From positions 109,678,001 through 109,742,000 of the forward strand of contig NC_059428.1 of the NCBI RefSeq assembly GCF_021028975.2: a stretch of DNA of 64,000 nt. Direction: 5' to 3'. Position numbers and translations under genes: made by a program. The notes beneath the pieces were generated by a model. It was not told the DNA's origin and ran no database searches. It was given only the letters and a program-made list of their open reading frames with translations. The DNA is from Sphaerodactylus townsendi. Taxonomy: Eukaryota. Below, piece by piece: positions 49,785 to 63,270 of this stretch (its first letter is position 1; each line of letters starts with the position of its first letter).

Positions 49785-52480
49785 TCTATAAAAATAAGCA
49801 AATATTTACATAAAACAGGTTAAATATTATTTTTCAAAAGGGGTGCAGAATAAATGTGGAATTATTTTATAACTCTCTGTATTCTGAAACGTGATAAACA
49901 AAGGAACACTTTTAAGTGGAAAACTTAGTACATATTGTGCTATATCTTTAAAATATTTGCTATGGATTGGATCCTACAAACTATTTCACTTGATCTCACC
50001 AGATCCACCTCCTCTCTGATACCCCCTGTCCTGCCTGACTTTAGTCCACATGGATCCAGTCAAAAAGGGCTACTTTCCCTACCAATAACTTTGCTGGGAC
50101 AGATCCATTTCATCCTATTTAGACATCTAATGAGATTCAGATTCTGAATTGTTGAGACCATTGGGTTTTTGTTATTCTGGATTATAAACACATTATTTAT
50201 AAATTATGCATTTATAATAATACACAGTGCACAAGATCCTATGCATATTTTCCATTATAGAAGCTACATTAGCAATGTAATGATAGGAACAAGGGCAGGT
50301 AACTGCATTAAGACATGAACAACGGACGATTTGTTTATGACAAGAATGTTCATACTGATGCTGAGAACTTTCTAGTTTAGGTAGTTTTCAAACTAACCAG
50401 CTTGTTGTGATGACTGAATTCGGGCACCTTAACAAACTGATTCTTGTTATCAACTTTCTTTCAAACCAGGATTAAGCTGTGGCTGCAAGATCACCATATA
50501 AAAATATGAAGTGTTATCTGGTATTTACATGCTTTGCTCAATAATTAGGCCCTTCAGGGATTCATTAGACATAGTTTCATTTGACTCCTGCAATTCCCAG
50601 AATCCATATTTTTGTTGTAACTTAAATAACTGGTAACAACGTAGTCATATATACCACTCAGCCTCCACTTGAAAAACAAGGTCTTCTGGGTTTGTTTGAA
50701 ACACAAAGATATACTGGGCCAGTCAATGGCCTGTGTATTTTCAGGAGGTGGGAGGAGATTTTCATTATTGTTTACACCAGGGATGTCCAACTCTGGTGCT
50801 TCAGATGTTCATGGACTACAATTCCCATCAGCCCATTGGCATGGCCAATCTGACTTTTTAATTACCTTTTAGTAAGAAGTCTGAGATAGGGTAGAAAAAT
50901 AATACTAGGTGTTTCCAACATATTTGAAGCATCCTGGACTCTGTAAAATCTCCACAGCACCAAGACATGTAAGAATTTGGTGGCACCAAGTTCTACAGGT
51001 TTCCCACACTATTGTCATCCCTCTGTCTAACAAGCGGCTTTGAGCAGCCTACAGGAGCCTCATCCAACAGGGAAAAGAACACGATCAGGAAAAGTACTGC
51101 ATGCTTTCTAACACTGCCATCTGCCAACTAACACTGCCAACAAGCAAATTGCCACAAAAACTTCTACAAATAACTTTTACGGTTTTTGTGTAACACACGG
51201 CAAGCCTTCTACTGAAAGTCACGGCAGAGCTATAGTTTCCAAACTTCAAGTCTGTGGAAGCTCCAGAAATGTTCATTCTTAATTTACTATTTATTATTTT
51301 GTATAGATCATTCACATTTCACAGCTGTTTACAAATCTCTCCATGTCTTTTGATTCTGCAGTTGACTGGACAGGTGTACATCAAAAATAGGAGAAAATGC
51401 GTGACCTACTAATGTAGAAAACATTCCTTCACAGATATTGGATGTATGTGAACTGCAAGCAGAGTGAAGCCAGAAAAACCAAGATTATTTAGTGAAGAAT
51501 GTATAATGTATTGTATTATTCAATTTGTATACCGCCCTCCCCTGAAGGGCTCAGGGCGATGAACAACAGTATAGTACCAAACATCAGTAATCATAACATC
51601 AAGCACAGTGGTGGGATCCAAAAATTTTAGTAACAGGTTCCCATGGTGGTGGGATTCAAACAGTGGCGTAGCGCCAATGGGACTGGGTGGGGCATGACGG
51701 GGGTGGGGCATAATAATTTCTCTGTTACTGTAAAAAACTCTTACTGTAAAAAGGTGAATTTTTAATAGAAAGAAGAAAGTCATGGAACTGGGTAGGCAGG
51801 AGAGAAAGATTCAGGCTGGCATTCAACTTAAGTTGATCACACTTTTGCAAATAAAAAATAAACTGGGCTTATTTTGCTGATGTCCCAACTTCTGCTAGTC
51901 TGTTCTTTGTGTCCGAACAGCCCTATGTGAAAAGGTATTATTGTCAATAATGTCTCAGAGGCACTGAAATATTCACAGCAATATGGGCAGAGCAACTGGC
52001 CTAACGCAATCACTTTGGAGAATGCCTAAATTGACGACAGAGGAAAGGTAGCTTGTGGCTTTTTATTTGGATGGTAAGATCCCAACATTTGAGGCAGAAA
52101 ACATATGTGAAAAATAAGAATGATCCTTGCACTTGAGACTGGTAGGAGAAGAAAAGGGAGATCTAAGAGCTGTACACGGTGGTATATCTGAATCTGCAGG
52201 ATAAGAAGCATAATTTTCAGACGTGAGCTTTAGTGAATGGGGGGGACTACAAGAAGAAGAACATAAGATGGGCGTGGCTGGTAGACAACATGGGGGAGTG
52301 AAATATTTTGACTGGGAAAAAGGAGCTCCTTTCGCCACACCTCCAAGGGCAATGGTCCCGTCCCCCCTCCCCCCGCGCCCGATAGTCGCTTCCCTGAGAA
52401 AGAAAATCAGCCTAAGGGGCGAAGAAATGAAGAGACTTCCCGCTTTCCTTATCTCCCCACCCACCTACCTGCCCACTTAC

Positions 52481-52830
52481 CTGCCGGCGTCGTCTGCTTC
52501 CCGCGCCTCACTTAACCCGGGCCGGGACTGCCTCGCCTGCTCATCTGCGGCCGCCTCATCAGTGGCCCTGTCCGGCTCAGACGGACCGCCCGCTCTCGTT
52601 TACCACCGTCGCCGCCGTTGGGAATAAAATCAACAATCGGTCGTGCAAGCAACCGAGAGCAAAATAAAAAGGCCGCCGCCTTCTTGTTTACTTCGGGCCC
52701 AGAACAGCGGAAACGCCGCTAGTAGAAGGAGAAGCCAAAATGGCGCCCGCCCCGCCTCAGACGCCGCATTGGGTGCCTGGGCCGATATAGGCGTCGCCCC
52801 GCTCCACCCCGCCACACAAACACACCCTCG
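52481..52830 (-). promoter_or_regulatory. FBXL3: FBXL3 CpG-island promoter and non-coding first exon
   Basis: Dense CpG at about 52370-52840; consensus donor CAG|gtaagt with the exon ending at 52481; YY1-type CCAAAATGGCG 52736-52746; GC boxes. Confidence 0.75.
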
Positions 52831-53499
52831 ACCCCCGCCAAGAAGAACTGTAACCCTGAGGGAGATTCTTCATCTGTGGGGTGTGCATGTAGCTTAGGGT
52901 GATTTTCGACTTTTTTTTTTCTTTCAACGAGAGGAAGCTGTTCCGTAGAATACCGTTGCAGAAACAAGGGCCAAAGTCAAGTCTTAGGCGGTGGATACGA
53001 TTTATTTGAGGCTGCTTGCTTGGTTTATTAATTTGACAAGCGATTCTGTGAATATCTTGTTGGATCAAACCAGTAATCCATCTAGTCCAGCATCCTGTTA
53101 TAGACAGGGGCCAACAAACAATGTATAGAAAATCCACCAGACCACGGCCACACAGGCCGGAAAACCCACCAGAACCAGTTGAATCTGGCCGTGAAAGCCT
53201 TCGACAATACAATGTATAGAGAGGCCTTCTCCTCATGTTCCTTCCTAGGCTAGCACAGGAAGCCTACTTTGCAGAATTGCTGTGAGGATAAAATGGAAGG
53301 CAAAAGAACAACCTATGCATCTTGAGTCTTTGCTGAGGAAAATGGCAGAGTATAACTGAAGTAAATAAAATAAATACTATGCCCACTTTGTTGTGCTGCA
53401 GGCTGAGAATGGCCTACTATGGCACCTTAGCATAGTCTCCCCAGGATGCCGTGCAGGAGGCAGAGAACTGAGGCCTATTTATCTTCTTTAATGCAATAC

Positions 53500-53715
53500 C
53501 AAACTAAGGGTACTGTACTTTGGTCACATTATAAGACAACAAGAGACACTAGAAAAGACAATTTAACGCTAGGAAAAGTTGAAAAGAGGAAAGATACAAC
53601 ATGAGATGAATTAGTCAAGGAAGCCGTGACCTTCAGTTTGCAAGACTTGAGCAAGGCTGTTAATAAGACATTTTGGAGGCCATTAATTCATAGGACTGCC
53701 ATAAATCAGAAATAA
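53500..53715 (+). mobile_element. RTE-clade LINE 3' fragment
   Basis: Degraded YFGHI.R....LEKT..LGKVE...LQDL..AV...WR.LIHR motif. Confidence 0.6.
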
Positions 53716-56700
53716 CCAGATGATTCTGACATTTAGGGAGGGAAGAAGAACAGTGATGAATTCCACACCTGATAACCATGTTACAATCTCCACCATTCAA
53801 GGCCACCATTCAAAAGCTTTCAGTGTTGTCACCAACTCAGTCTTAATTAGCAAAAAATGTTGCCACAGATAATAGAGCTCCTCTCTACAAAGATCAATTA
53901 CACAAAGATCAATTGCAGAAACCAGTGCTGGGGTTGGATGGTGAGTCTTCTGTCTCTCTGCACCTCCCCACCTATAGCACTGATCTTTAGCACATGGGTT
54001 GGGAACCTTGGAACCCCCATCTGCCGATCTGTAAGACCCTGCTGAACCACTGTTTTTGCCTGCCTTCTGGAAGGACCTGCTATTAGCATGCAGGTGTGGA
54101 GAGCAAATAGCCCACTATCTGCCTCTCTTTGCAGACATGCTGAGAGGAGCAGTAAGCGGTGAGGTGAGGTCTCCCCGCTGTGGAGAGATTCCTCGATGGC
54201 CTGGGGCAAGACTGGTCATTTAACTGACAGGAAATTTCCCAGTGGGGCATTGCATGGCCCTGGTGGGGTACTCCTGGCCAAGCCTCAGGGATCACCTGAG
54301 TCAGACCTTTCATTGATAATCTCTGTCAGTCTCCTCCTGCACTGCTGACATTCTATGGGATGAGGTAAATGACCAGTGTTGATGCCATTGAGGTGGGTAA
54401 GCCCTGTGGCACTAAGGCACAACAAGGGCTGCTCAGCTACTCTTGGTCTAGGGCCAGATTTCCTTTCTGTCCATGGCTCTGACTTGGCTTGCTCCTCTCT
54501 ATATCTCCTAATCACCTGGTGATATCATGTGATTTCATGTCACATGCTTGCAACTTGATAGGTCTCAGATCTGGAAAGGTTGAAGACTATTGACCCATGG
54601 GATATTGCCAAGTCTGACTTGTCTTCCATATGATGTGACATCAACATGAAACCTCTGTGACAGATAATATGTAAATGGGGATTTACAGTGGAATAACATC
54701 AGTGTGAAAGCTACCATGGTGTAGTAGCTAAGAGTAGGGGGCTGTAATCTGGAGAACTGGGTTCCATTCCCCACTCCTCCACATGAAGTTTGCTGGGTAA
54801 TCTTGGACCACTCACAGTTCTCTCAGAACTCTCTCAGCCCATACAGAGGCAGGCAATGGCAAACTGCCTCCAAACATCTCTTGCCTTGAAAGCTCTACAG
54901 GGTCCCCATGCTATTACTTGCCAGCACACGCACACACAATATCAATGTTTTAGTTTTAACGTTTTCCCTTGAAGGGATTCTGAGGTGGGTGGAGGGCAGA
55001 GTCATAATTCTGAGCTTGGAATTTTCTGGAGATTTGGGGGATGTGGAGTCTGGGGAAGGTGGAACGTAAGGAGGGGAAAAAGCTTCAGTGGGATATAACA
55101 CCACAGAATCCACACTCCAAGCCACCAACCATTTTCTTTGCAATTTAGAGATCAGCTGTAATTTTGGGAGATCTCCCAGGTGTGGCCTGGAAACGCTAGT
55201 GGAAAGGCAACATAGAAATGCTTTAAATAAATAAAAAGTTGCAAAACTCCTCTGACATCTTCGTTTATCTAACAATGCAAGATGACTTCATTAAAAGGTG
55301 GGAATTGGCTGAGGCAAATGGCTATCAAACAGTTGGAGAGGGTGTGGAAAACAATTGATTGGGCAGGTAAGCAAGAGGAAAACACTCTTAACAAGTGGGG
55401 AGGAAGCAGGTCCCAGTGCAGGAGGACAGGATATCATATATTCTAATAGCTAAATTGGCTGAATCTGAGATTACTTAAATCTGGTGCCTGGCACTGTGAA
55501 TGGACAAGACAGATCTTTCTACAAACATGAAAGATACCCCAGGATTCCAAAAATGTTAAATGCTGCTTGGACTGACAGATCATAAGATCTTCTAACTAAG
55601 GTTGCCAGCTGTGTTGCCTGGACATCAGTTATAATTGCAGGTCTCCAGCCACAACCTGGAGTTTGGCAACACTACTCTCAGCCTCTATGACCTTGCAGGT
55701 GTTTCATTGGGGAAACCAGATGAGAATCAGGCAGCAGCGCAGGTTGTCAGCTCTCAGAATTATTAACAGAGACTCCTTCCCTGAACAGGTAACAGCAATA
55801 GCTAATAAGCTTGCTTGCTATGAGAACTTCCTTCAGCCTGTATAGCTTAAAATCAGTCAAGCGGATCAACATGTGGTTAACTCATAAGGCAGTTTGAAAT
55901 ACTGACCTAGATCCAGGAAGAGAGTTGTCACAAAGGCCACCTGGAAGCTACACGGAGGAGGAATGGTGCTTTGAGATCCTTAGTGGAATGGCAGGATAAA
56001 AACAGATGGAAGATAGAGAGGACTTCAAAGCAGTTGGTTTCATGCTCATCAAGGGCAGGCTTCCACATGCCGCCGCCTCATGCTAAGAACAAACAAGTCG
56101 ACTCCCTCGACCCACACCTGTCTGTGCTATGCCTGTGGGGCAAAGGGAGAGTACCACTTCCCAGTAGGAGCTATTCTGCAGAACGGTTTGGGAACAAGAC
56201 TGTACGCAAAGCTATTTCTAGCAGAGTTCTTTTCACAGGCAATTTATGGCACTTAGAATCCCACACAAGGGAGCTTGATGGCATATAAGGCAAGAGGAGT
56301 GAAAGCAAGGAGTACAGTCCGTACCAATGATTCCACCCAAAAGACTCTACTAATTTCTGCACCCCAGTCCAGCAAGACTCAAGTCCCTTCTTTTGGAAGG
56401 AAGAGTAGCAGAAACTGCTTTAAAGTAATTGAATTCAGGAGATGCATTTATGTTACTGTCAGAACCTGTATCAGACTGTTACCCACAATAAAATAAAAGC
56501 ACAATTTTATTTTATATTATTTTCTGTTCATTTAGTCATAAACATTTAGACAATTTTTTAAAGGTCTCCATCATGTGCATGAGAGTTAAGAGCATCCAGG
56601 CCTGACTCAGGAAGCTACACCCTCTGCTTCAATGTTCCTATTCAGAACATAAAGGGACTCATGAACAATCACAAAGGGTGCAGGTCTTGTGACTGTCTTT

Positions 56701-58524
56701 ACTAGCCGCAACCAGGAAGAACACCTTTAGCCGTGGCTACCACCTTTTCTCTCCTGAAGGGATTAAGTCGATAAGGTCCAAGGCAGGAGCCTTGTGCCAC
56801 TGATGAGATCACCTACAGCAGGGAAGACCCCTGCTCCACTCCTGGATTTGCCTTCCGCTAATGAGAAAAGAGGACCTTTTATTATTTATCCTCCTCCTAT
56901 ATGTTTGAATTTTTCCCCTATAAATTGTGTTGCATGTGCCTTGTTTGGCGCGTTCGTCTTAGTACAGTGTTCCTGCTTCAAGATTCTTGTGCCTGTCCTT
57001 ATTTCCATTGGGAATCCCTCTCTTCTTGCCAGGCCGGGTTTCGCTGCCACCTGATTGGTACTGCTTCAGCAGCATTAATTGTTACTCTGGCAGCAGGTAA
57101 CAAGACTAGGATCTGGAAGACTCAGGTTTGGATACCCACTCTGCTGGGTGATCTTGAGCCATCACGCACTCTTAACATTACCTACCTCTCAGAGTTGTTG
57201 TGAGAGTACAGTGGAAGAGAGGAGAATGATGTAAGCTGCTTTGGACTCCCACTGGGGAGAAAGGTGGTATAGAACTAAAGAGAAGTTTAAAAATGGCTCC
57301 TGATTCTTCTTTGTCTGTCAGAAAATCTGGCATAAATTGGCATGAGGAGGTCTTCTGAACACCATGACCTGAAAAATTCTTTTCCATCCTTTAAGTATCT
57401 CTTTAGACTGTGGGTAGAAATTCATGAAGGTTCACATTTTGGAATAACTGGAATGACCACAACAAAAGGCTGAAGTTCTCAGTGATGATATGACAAATGT
57501 TATATTAAAATGAGAGAAACTCAACAGGCTTTGCAATATTAAGAGACCCAGCAGTATAACCGTTTTGCCATCAAGTCACAGGCAACTTATGGTGGCCCCC
57601 ACGGGGTTTCCAAGGCAAGAGACATTTAGAGGTGGTTTGCCATTGCCTGCCTCTGCATAGCGTCTGAGAGTTGACAAGATCAGGCGAGCTTGGGCCATCC
57701 AGGTCAATGGGGATGTTAGTCTACTTTAAAAAACTGTACACAATGTAGAACTAGTCACAATGTTAGAACTAGTCGCAGTCTGATACAGGAAATGTTTAGT
57801 CCTTTAGTGACCTATTGTTGCCTAAATGTCCAGCTGTAAATTAATGGATGAGTACAGAATGCAGTCTATTCCCTACACCCAGGTCAAACATCATGGAGTC
57901 TACTGGCATGTGTGGGTTACTAGAGAAGTGTGAAAAGCACACACCTTTTTCACTTGCATGCTTCCATTGACCAACTAAGAGTCAGGCTCATTTCCCAGCC
58001 ACTTCTAATTACCTCTTCAGGAAGTTCTGTAATACTGTAAGGAGGACAGTCAAAAGAGTCCAGAGAACTTCATGGTATTTACATCATTTCCAAAAAAAGA
58101 GGGGATTGTGTGTCAGCATTTTTATCTAGAATTCCCTTCCCAGTTACGAGCTAGCTGTTTGCAGGTCTATTCAGTTGTATTATGTTCAGTTCATAACAAT
58201 GGGAGAAGTATGTGAATACAAGGAAGGGGAATTCCATGTATTATAACTTTCTATATTGTTGAAAGATTAAACAGATGGAGGCCCTAAACCATGATTGCAG
58301 ATGGAAAGATAAGCCCAACCAATTCGACATTGCTACAATGAGACAGCCCAGAATTTCTTGTGTGAAATAATGAACATGTTTCACTCCCTAAACGATTGCC
58401 ACATGTTTTCCAGTTCTGTGAATCCAGCCCATTAAAAAATCAATTTCTGCCTTGGGTTTAACATATGCAGAGATGTTTGATCTGCTCCCCAATAATGGTC
58501 CCACGCCTTTGTTAGACTTTCACT

Positions 58525-58813
58525 GTATAAAAATGTACAGCGGCTTTATTGACATGTACATTCCATCATGTTTACAGCTGCAAGAGATATGAGGCACACT
58601 CAGTATTGCACTTCATTAAAATTTCAGGCTCAAACATAAACCCAGAAGTGTAAATGCAACAGCCGTTTTGCAATTTAGTAATTCTTATACAGGACAAACA
58701 TTGATATCTTTATATACAGCGTGATATTGGTTACATTTATGCCTTCCTAACACTTTCTTCTTAATAACAGTCTAAGAAATAAACCAGAATATTCCTCTTT
58801 TCCATCCCTACCC

Positions 58814-58848
<35 letters not shown>

Positions 58849-59211
58849 AGTCAGTATACAATAATTAACTTTTTTTCTTCATCTGATATCCAGCATCATT
58901 TGGAGTCCATGGAAACAGGGAGCCTTTGAATGCTTCTTTGACAGCAATTTATTTATTTGTCAGCACCCAATGCTTTTGTAGCTGATGAGCGTAATGGCCA
59001 CATGCAAACACCTCACAAGGTTTGATGTCAGGTCAAAATATCAACTCCCCAAAGCAAAGGATGATGTAGGTGATGTTTGGCACCCTTCTTGCGCTGCAAA
59101 TTGTTCCTTTCCCTGGGTTATGAAATGGTCCCATCTCCTCATTCTAGATGTGATTTATATTCAACTTGGAGGACAGTTACTGGCAGGTAGCCATTGTTTC
59201 CTTCTGGCGAA
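58525..59211 (-). other. MYCBP2: MYCBP2 3' UTR
   Basis: Repeat-free AU-rich stretch after the stop; AATAAA on the minus strand at 58545-58550. Confidence 0.7.
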
Positions 59212-59327
59212 TTAAAACGTATGGGCGTTTCTGCAGACTCCACAGCCTAGTGCAAACTCCTCACCAGTGGGTGGATGGACAACATGAAGGGGACATTCAG
59301 TTCCTTCGAGTTGCTTGCCTTTGGGAC
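59212..59327 (-). CDS. MYCBP2: MYCBP2 (PHR-family RCR E3 ligase) terminal exon
   Basis: tcctcag|(G)PKGKQLEGTECPLHVVHPPTGEEFALGCGVCRNAHTF*. Confidence 0.97.
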
Positions 59328-60454
59328 CTGAGGAAAAAAAGAGTTTTAATTGTAAATGACATCTGTGGGGGGAAAAAACTTTTATAAGCAGCTGGAAATG
59401 AAAAGTGTTCAACAGGAAATTATGGAATTTGAATAAGAGCAGAATTTGGATTTACATCCTGGCTTTTTCACCTGTAAGGAGACTCAAGGCGGCAAACTCC
59501 TTTCCCTTCCTCTCCCACACCAAACTCCTTTTCCTTCTTCTCCCCCAAACAGGCACCTTGTGAGGTAGCTGGGGCTACGAGAGTCCTGAACAAACTATGA
59601 CTAGCCAAGGTCACCCAGCAGGAAGCTTTTGCAGTCCAGTGCTCTGGATGCAAAAGATCTTCAGTTACACAACCAAGTCATGCTGGGAGAAAACAGCAAA
59701 TTGTGAATCTCTCCTTGGAATTACACAGGAAGCCACTATTATTAACTGGGTGTAATTGTGTGCTGTTCTGGGAATCAGCCTCGGAAATCCTCCCCCACTC
59801 TATTTGCATACAGCATGAAAATTAAACCCTACTATGGGAAATCAAAAAGCAAAGTTCCTTGTTTAAAAGAAGATTCCAAACCAGGATCAAAAAGGAATAG
59901 AATATCTGTTTCCACGGATCTGTTCTCAGACCAAATGGTACAGAACTCAGATAAGCATCTTTGGAGAATCTTCCTCAAAACTAGGTACAGCCATCCTTAA
60001 CATGAGCTAGTCATGGCTCTCCCTCTATTCCGCTAATAGTTTCTTGCTCAAGTCGCACAGAAGATGGCAAAGAATATTTCTATTTTAAAGAAAGATGTTA
60101 GTAATCTCTTTTCTTGACACAGTAAGATGGCAAAAGGAATTTTTCCTGTCCTTTTAAAACTCTTCTGGAAGAGCAATATAGTAACAGAAGGTGACAAAAC
60201 TATTTGGCATGATGGCTATTTTCCAAAGAGTTTATGTATCTTAATTGTATATTATTTTATTTATTTATCCCCTGCCTTCCTCTTCAGTGGGGACCCACAG
60301 ATGTTCTCCTCTCCTCTATTTAATCCTCACAACAATCATAGAAGGTCAATCATGCTGTGTTTGTGTATGTGAGAGAGAGAGACTGGTCCAAGGTAACCCA
60401 GCAAGCTTCTATGGCAGAAATGGGGATCGAACCTGGGTTTCTCAGATCTTAGAC

Positions 60455-60589
60455 CAGGAGTCTGCAACCTGCAGCTCTCCAGATGTTCATGGACTACAAT
60501 TCCCATCAGCCCCTACCACCATGGCCAATTGGGGCTGATGGAAAATGTAATCCATGAACATCTGGAGAGCCGCAGGTTGCAGACCCCTG
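60455..60589. mobile_element. Palindromic hAT MITE nested in a SINE, last intron of MYCBP2
   Basis: TSD tcttagac/ccttagac; the flanks rejoin into a SINE head. Confidence 0.8.
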
Positions 60590-60653
60590 CCTTAGACGAA
60601 CACTCTCACCATTACACCCTGCTGGCTCTCTTAACAATACATCAAAATGTTAC

Positions 60654-60819
60654 CTGCAGGACAGTGTGGAAGTTCTTCTTTAGTAATGCTTGTCATTCTT
60701 TGGAAATCGTCATGGCAAGCGTTGCAAAAGTGTGTCGTCCCAAAGCAGAAAAATACAGCCACTGAACAGCAATAACGGCATTTGTACTCTAGAAAATCTG
60801 TACCGTGTTTAGGACACAT
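60654..60819 (-). CDS. MYCBP2: MYCBP2 penultimate exon (downstream catalytic Cys, AVFFCFG)
   Basis: gacag|[55 protein letters not shown](G)|gtaaca; 166 nt. Confidence 0.97.
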
Positions 60820-60944
60820 CTGTCGAGACAGACCAGGAAAGAAAAGGAAAAACCCGCTTGTTTATCTCAATGAAGTGGTTTGCTGCTCTCCGTGTATTTG
60901 AAATGCTTTTCATCATTCAAGCCCCTGTAAAAATGTCTGCCTAC

Positions 60945-61052
60945 CTGAGCCCTGGAAACATCAGAGCACGCCCCACAAATGAGCTCTCTGGGATCGTAGT
61001 CATCTCCCTGCCCCGCCTCAGCATCACAACGGGCTTCTCCGCCAAAATAAGC
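60945..61052 (-). CDS. MYCBP2: MYCBP2 exon (upstream catalytic Cys of the RING-Cys-relay, EARCDAE)
   Basis: cattag|AYFGGEARCDAEAGQGDDYDPRELICGACSDVSRAQ|gtaggc; 108 nt; this Cys is 52 residues before the FFCF Cys, matching human C4520/C4572 spacing. Confidence 0.95.
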
Positions 61053-62059
61053 CTAATGAGGAGACACAAGAATGACTCAGACATGAAACACAAAGCTCAG
61101 TGAAGTCAGCTTGTAGCATTTCTGACGTAATTTTTATCTGAAAAGTGAAATTGGTGAGGCACACGATTATCTTGTACAGTCTGTGTGTCTGTCCGTGTCC
61201 TGCTAGAGAGGTCTAAACATTTTCCAGACTTACTGGGGCGTGGCAATAACAAACAATGGCATTTGAACTGCTTCCATCTTTCAACGTCCCATTTCAGACA
61301 GGGACAGAACAGTAGGCAAGAATCAGAAAGCTAACTGCTGGATTGGCTGTGTTTTCTTTCATCACCCTGCCCAGCAAAATTATGTAATTGTATGTTTTTC
61401 AATATATACCAGCCCTTAAGATGTCACAAAGGGTCACTGGCTGAGCACCTGAAAGCCAGCAAAGCTTGTTTTGGTAACTTGAGAGATATCCAAAAAAAAG
61501 ACAACCCTCTAAGACTCAGGAAATAACAAAGGTACAGGAGCATACTGAAGGGATTTCAAAAATAAAAACAAACATTATTTATAACAAATACAGACATTAT
61601 GATGAGTAGCTAGCAAACACTTGTTCGAAAACAAGTTCTTCAGAAAGCTTGCCAAACACTGACTTTAACCTTTGGTTATGTTCTATGCCTTTTCCTTCCT
61701 TTTAAAGGCTCAGCATCTATATTTATTATTTATTTATATTTATTCCCCACCCATTGCTTATATGATTTTCTGCTCAACCGTGTTTTGATGCAATACTACA
61801 GGAATTTCCACAGACTCAAAGTCTTTTGGACAAGGCATAAACACATGAACATGCACTACATTAGCAGTTTTCACTTCTAGTTCATTTTTATACCGCTGTT
61901 CTTTCCTCTTTCTTGTAACAAACAAACCAAGATTTGTTTCTTATGTCTGAATTAAGCTGAAGTTTGATTCATAAAGCAGTGGCTTCTGAACAGCCTGCTC
62001 TCTCGTTAACCCCTCAAACTCTCGTTAACCCCAAATCAGGCTAAGCACCAGAGCCATAC

Positions 62060-62269
62060 CTTTTTGCACTTGTAACAGACATAATAAGCATATCTGTTCA
62101 TGGCATATCCAGCTGGGTCATTGTAAAATCGAACACCCGGGGTTGTGATGGCCTCGCTCTTGTGCAGCCCCTCGTATTCCAATCTCATCAAAGCTTTCCT
62201 CTTTACATCTTCATAAAGCTCCTTGATTGGATCAAGCAAGTCCTTTAATACTGTATGATTAATTTTGTT
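62060..62269 (-). CDS. MYCBP2: MYCBP2 exon following the RING domain; the gene continues beyond the window
   Basis: ttacag|NKINHTVLKDLLDPIKELYEDVKRKALMRLEYEGLHKSEAITTPGVRFYNDPAGYAMNRYAYYVCYKCKK|gtatgg; 210 nt. Confidence 0.96.
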
Positions 62270-62699
62270 CTGTAATAAAATAAAGAAAAATCAGTAACCA
62301 ACTTGCAGTATTTAGCCCCTGAGTGTTTTGACCCATTTTGTAACAGTGACTACCATGACAAAAATGAGATTATTTGCTTTACAGTAGAGAGCCTCAACAC
62401 TAGTACAGGTCTCTTGTAATACAAGTTCAGAGTATACCAAATTGAAAAAGGGTAAAGTATTGTTTTAATCCTTCATCAGAACAATATTTAGAAACTCTTA
62501 TATTAGTTTCAACAGAACTTCTTATGGCTACAAGCCCCTGATATTCTTGCTTTCATTAAACTGTCTATGTATTTGAAACTATATTGTTGGTGGTGAGTAG
62601 TAGAGACTAGCAATTTCCATGGTTTGAAAAGTATTTTGTTGAAAAAACCCTTTTCAATACCTCCTGTACATGTCTCCCCACTACTGTATTATGTAAAAT

Positions 62700-63270
62700 G
62701 GTTAACTGCTCTCCCTTTAGCTTTTCCAAAGCACGCATTACTAACCTGCTCTCGAGACCTGCTGTCTGTGCCTTAGCCTGCTGAGGCAAAGTGGATTTGT
62801 TGGATTCAGTTTCAGGTGGCTCTCTTTCATCCACTCAGGTGGCATGGTTCCCAAACAACTGTCCAGAACTTCTAGAGCGGCATCCAGAGGGCCGTTCATC
62901 AACAGATACAACTTCCGGATTAATCCAGCGAGAGGTTGCATGTAGATATTAATCAATATTGGTCCTCTGTGGGACACCACAAACTAACGTGTGGCGTATG
63001 GAAGATTTCTCGCCATTAGCAACCCTCTCTGTCCCTGGCCCAAGAGGAAGGAATGCAGCCATTGCTAGGCAGTCCCCCTGTACTCCTCCGCTGGCAAAGT
63101 GGTTGGTCAAAATGTCATAACTGACCAAGTCAAATGCTGCTGACAAATCTAAAATATCAGCAGTGCTGACCAGCCTTGGTCCAAGTGTCTCTGGAGGTCA
63201 TCTGTGACAGCAACTGGAGCTGTCTCCATCCAATGGTCTGCTCAGAAGCTGAACTGGAATGGATCCAGGG
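62700..63270 (-). mobile_element. Degraded L2 LINE reverse-transcriptase fragment
   Basis: Frameshifted RT motifs SAAFD, CGVPQ, GPILINIYMQPL, WMKESHLKLNP in ORFs 62949..63146 and 62741..62980. Confidence 0.8.

Noticed and set aside
52063-53236. Cluster of 130-160 aa ORFs around the FBXL3 promoter
   Set aside because: Stop-poor GC-rich CpG island plus repeat fragments; no recognisable domain
58982-59010. CTGATGA followed by a short stem as a hammerhead antisense to the MYCBP2 3' UTR
   Set aside because: No GAAA box and no helix I/III pairing
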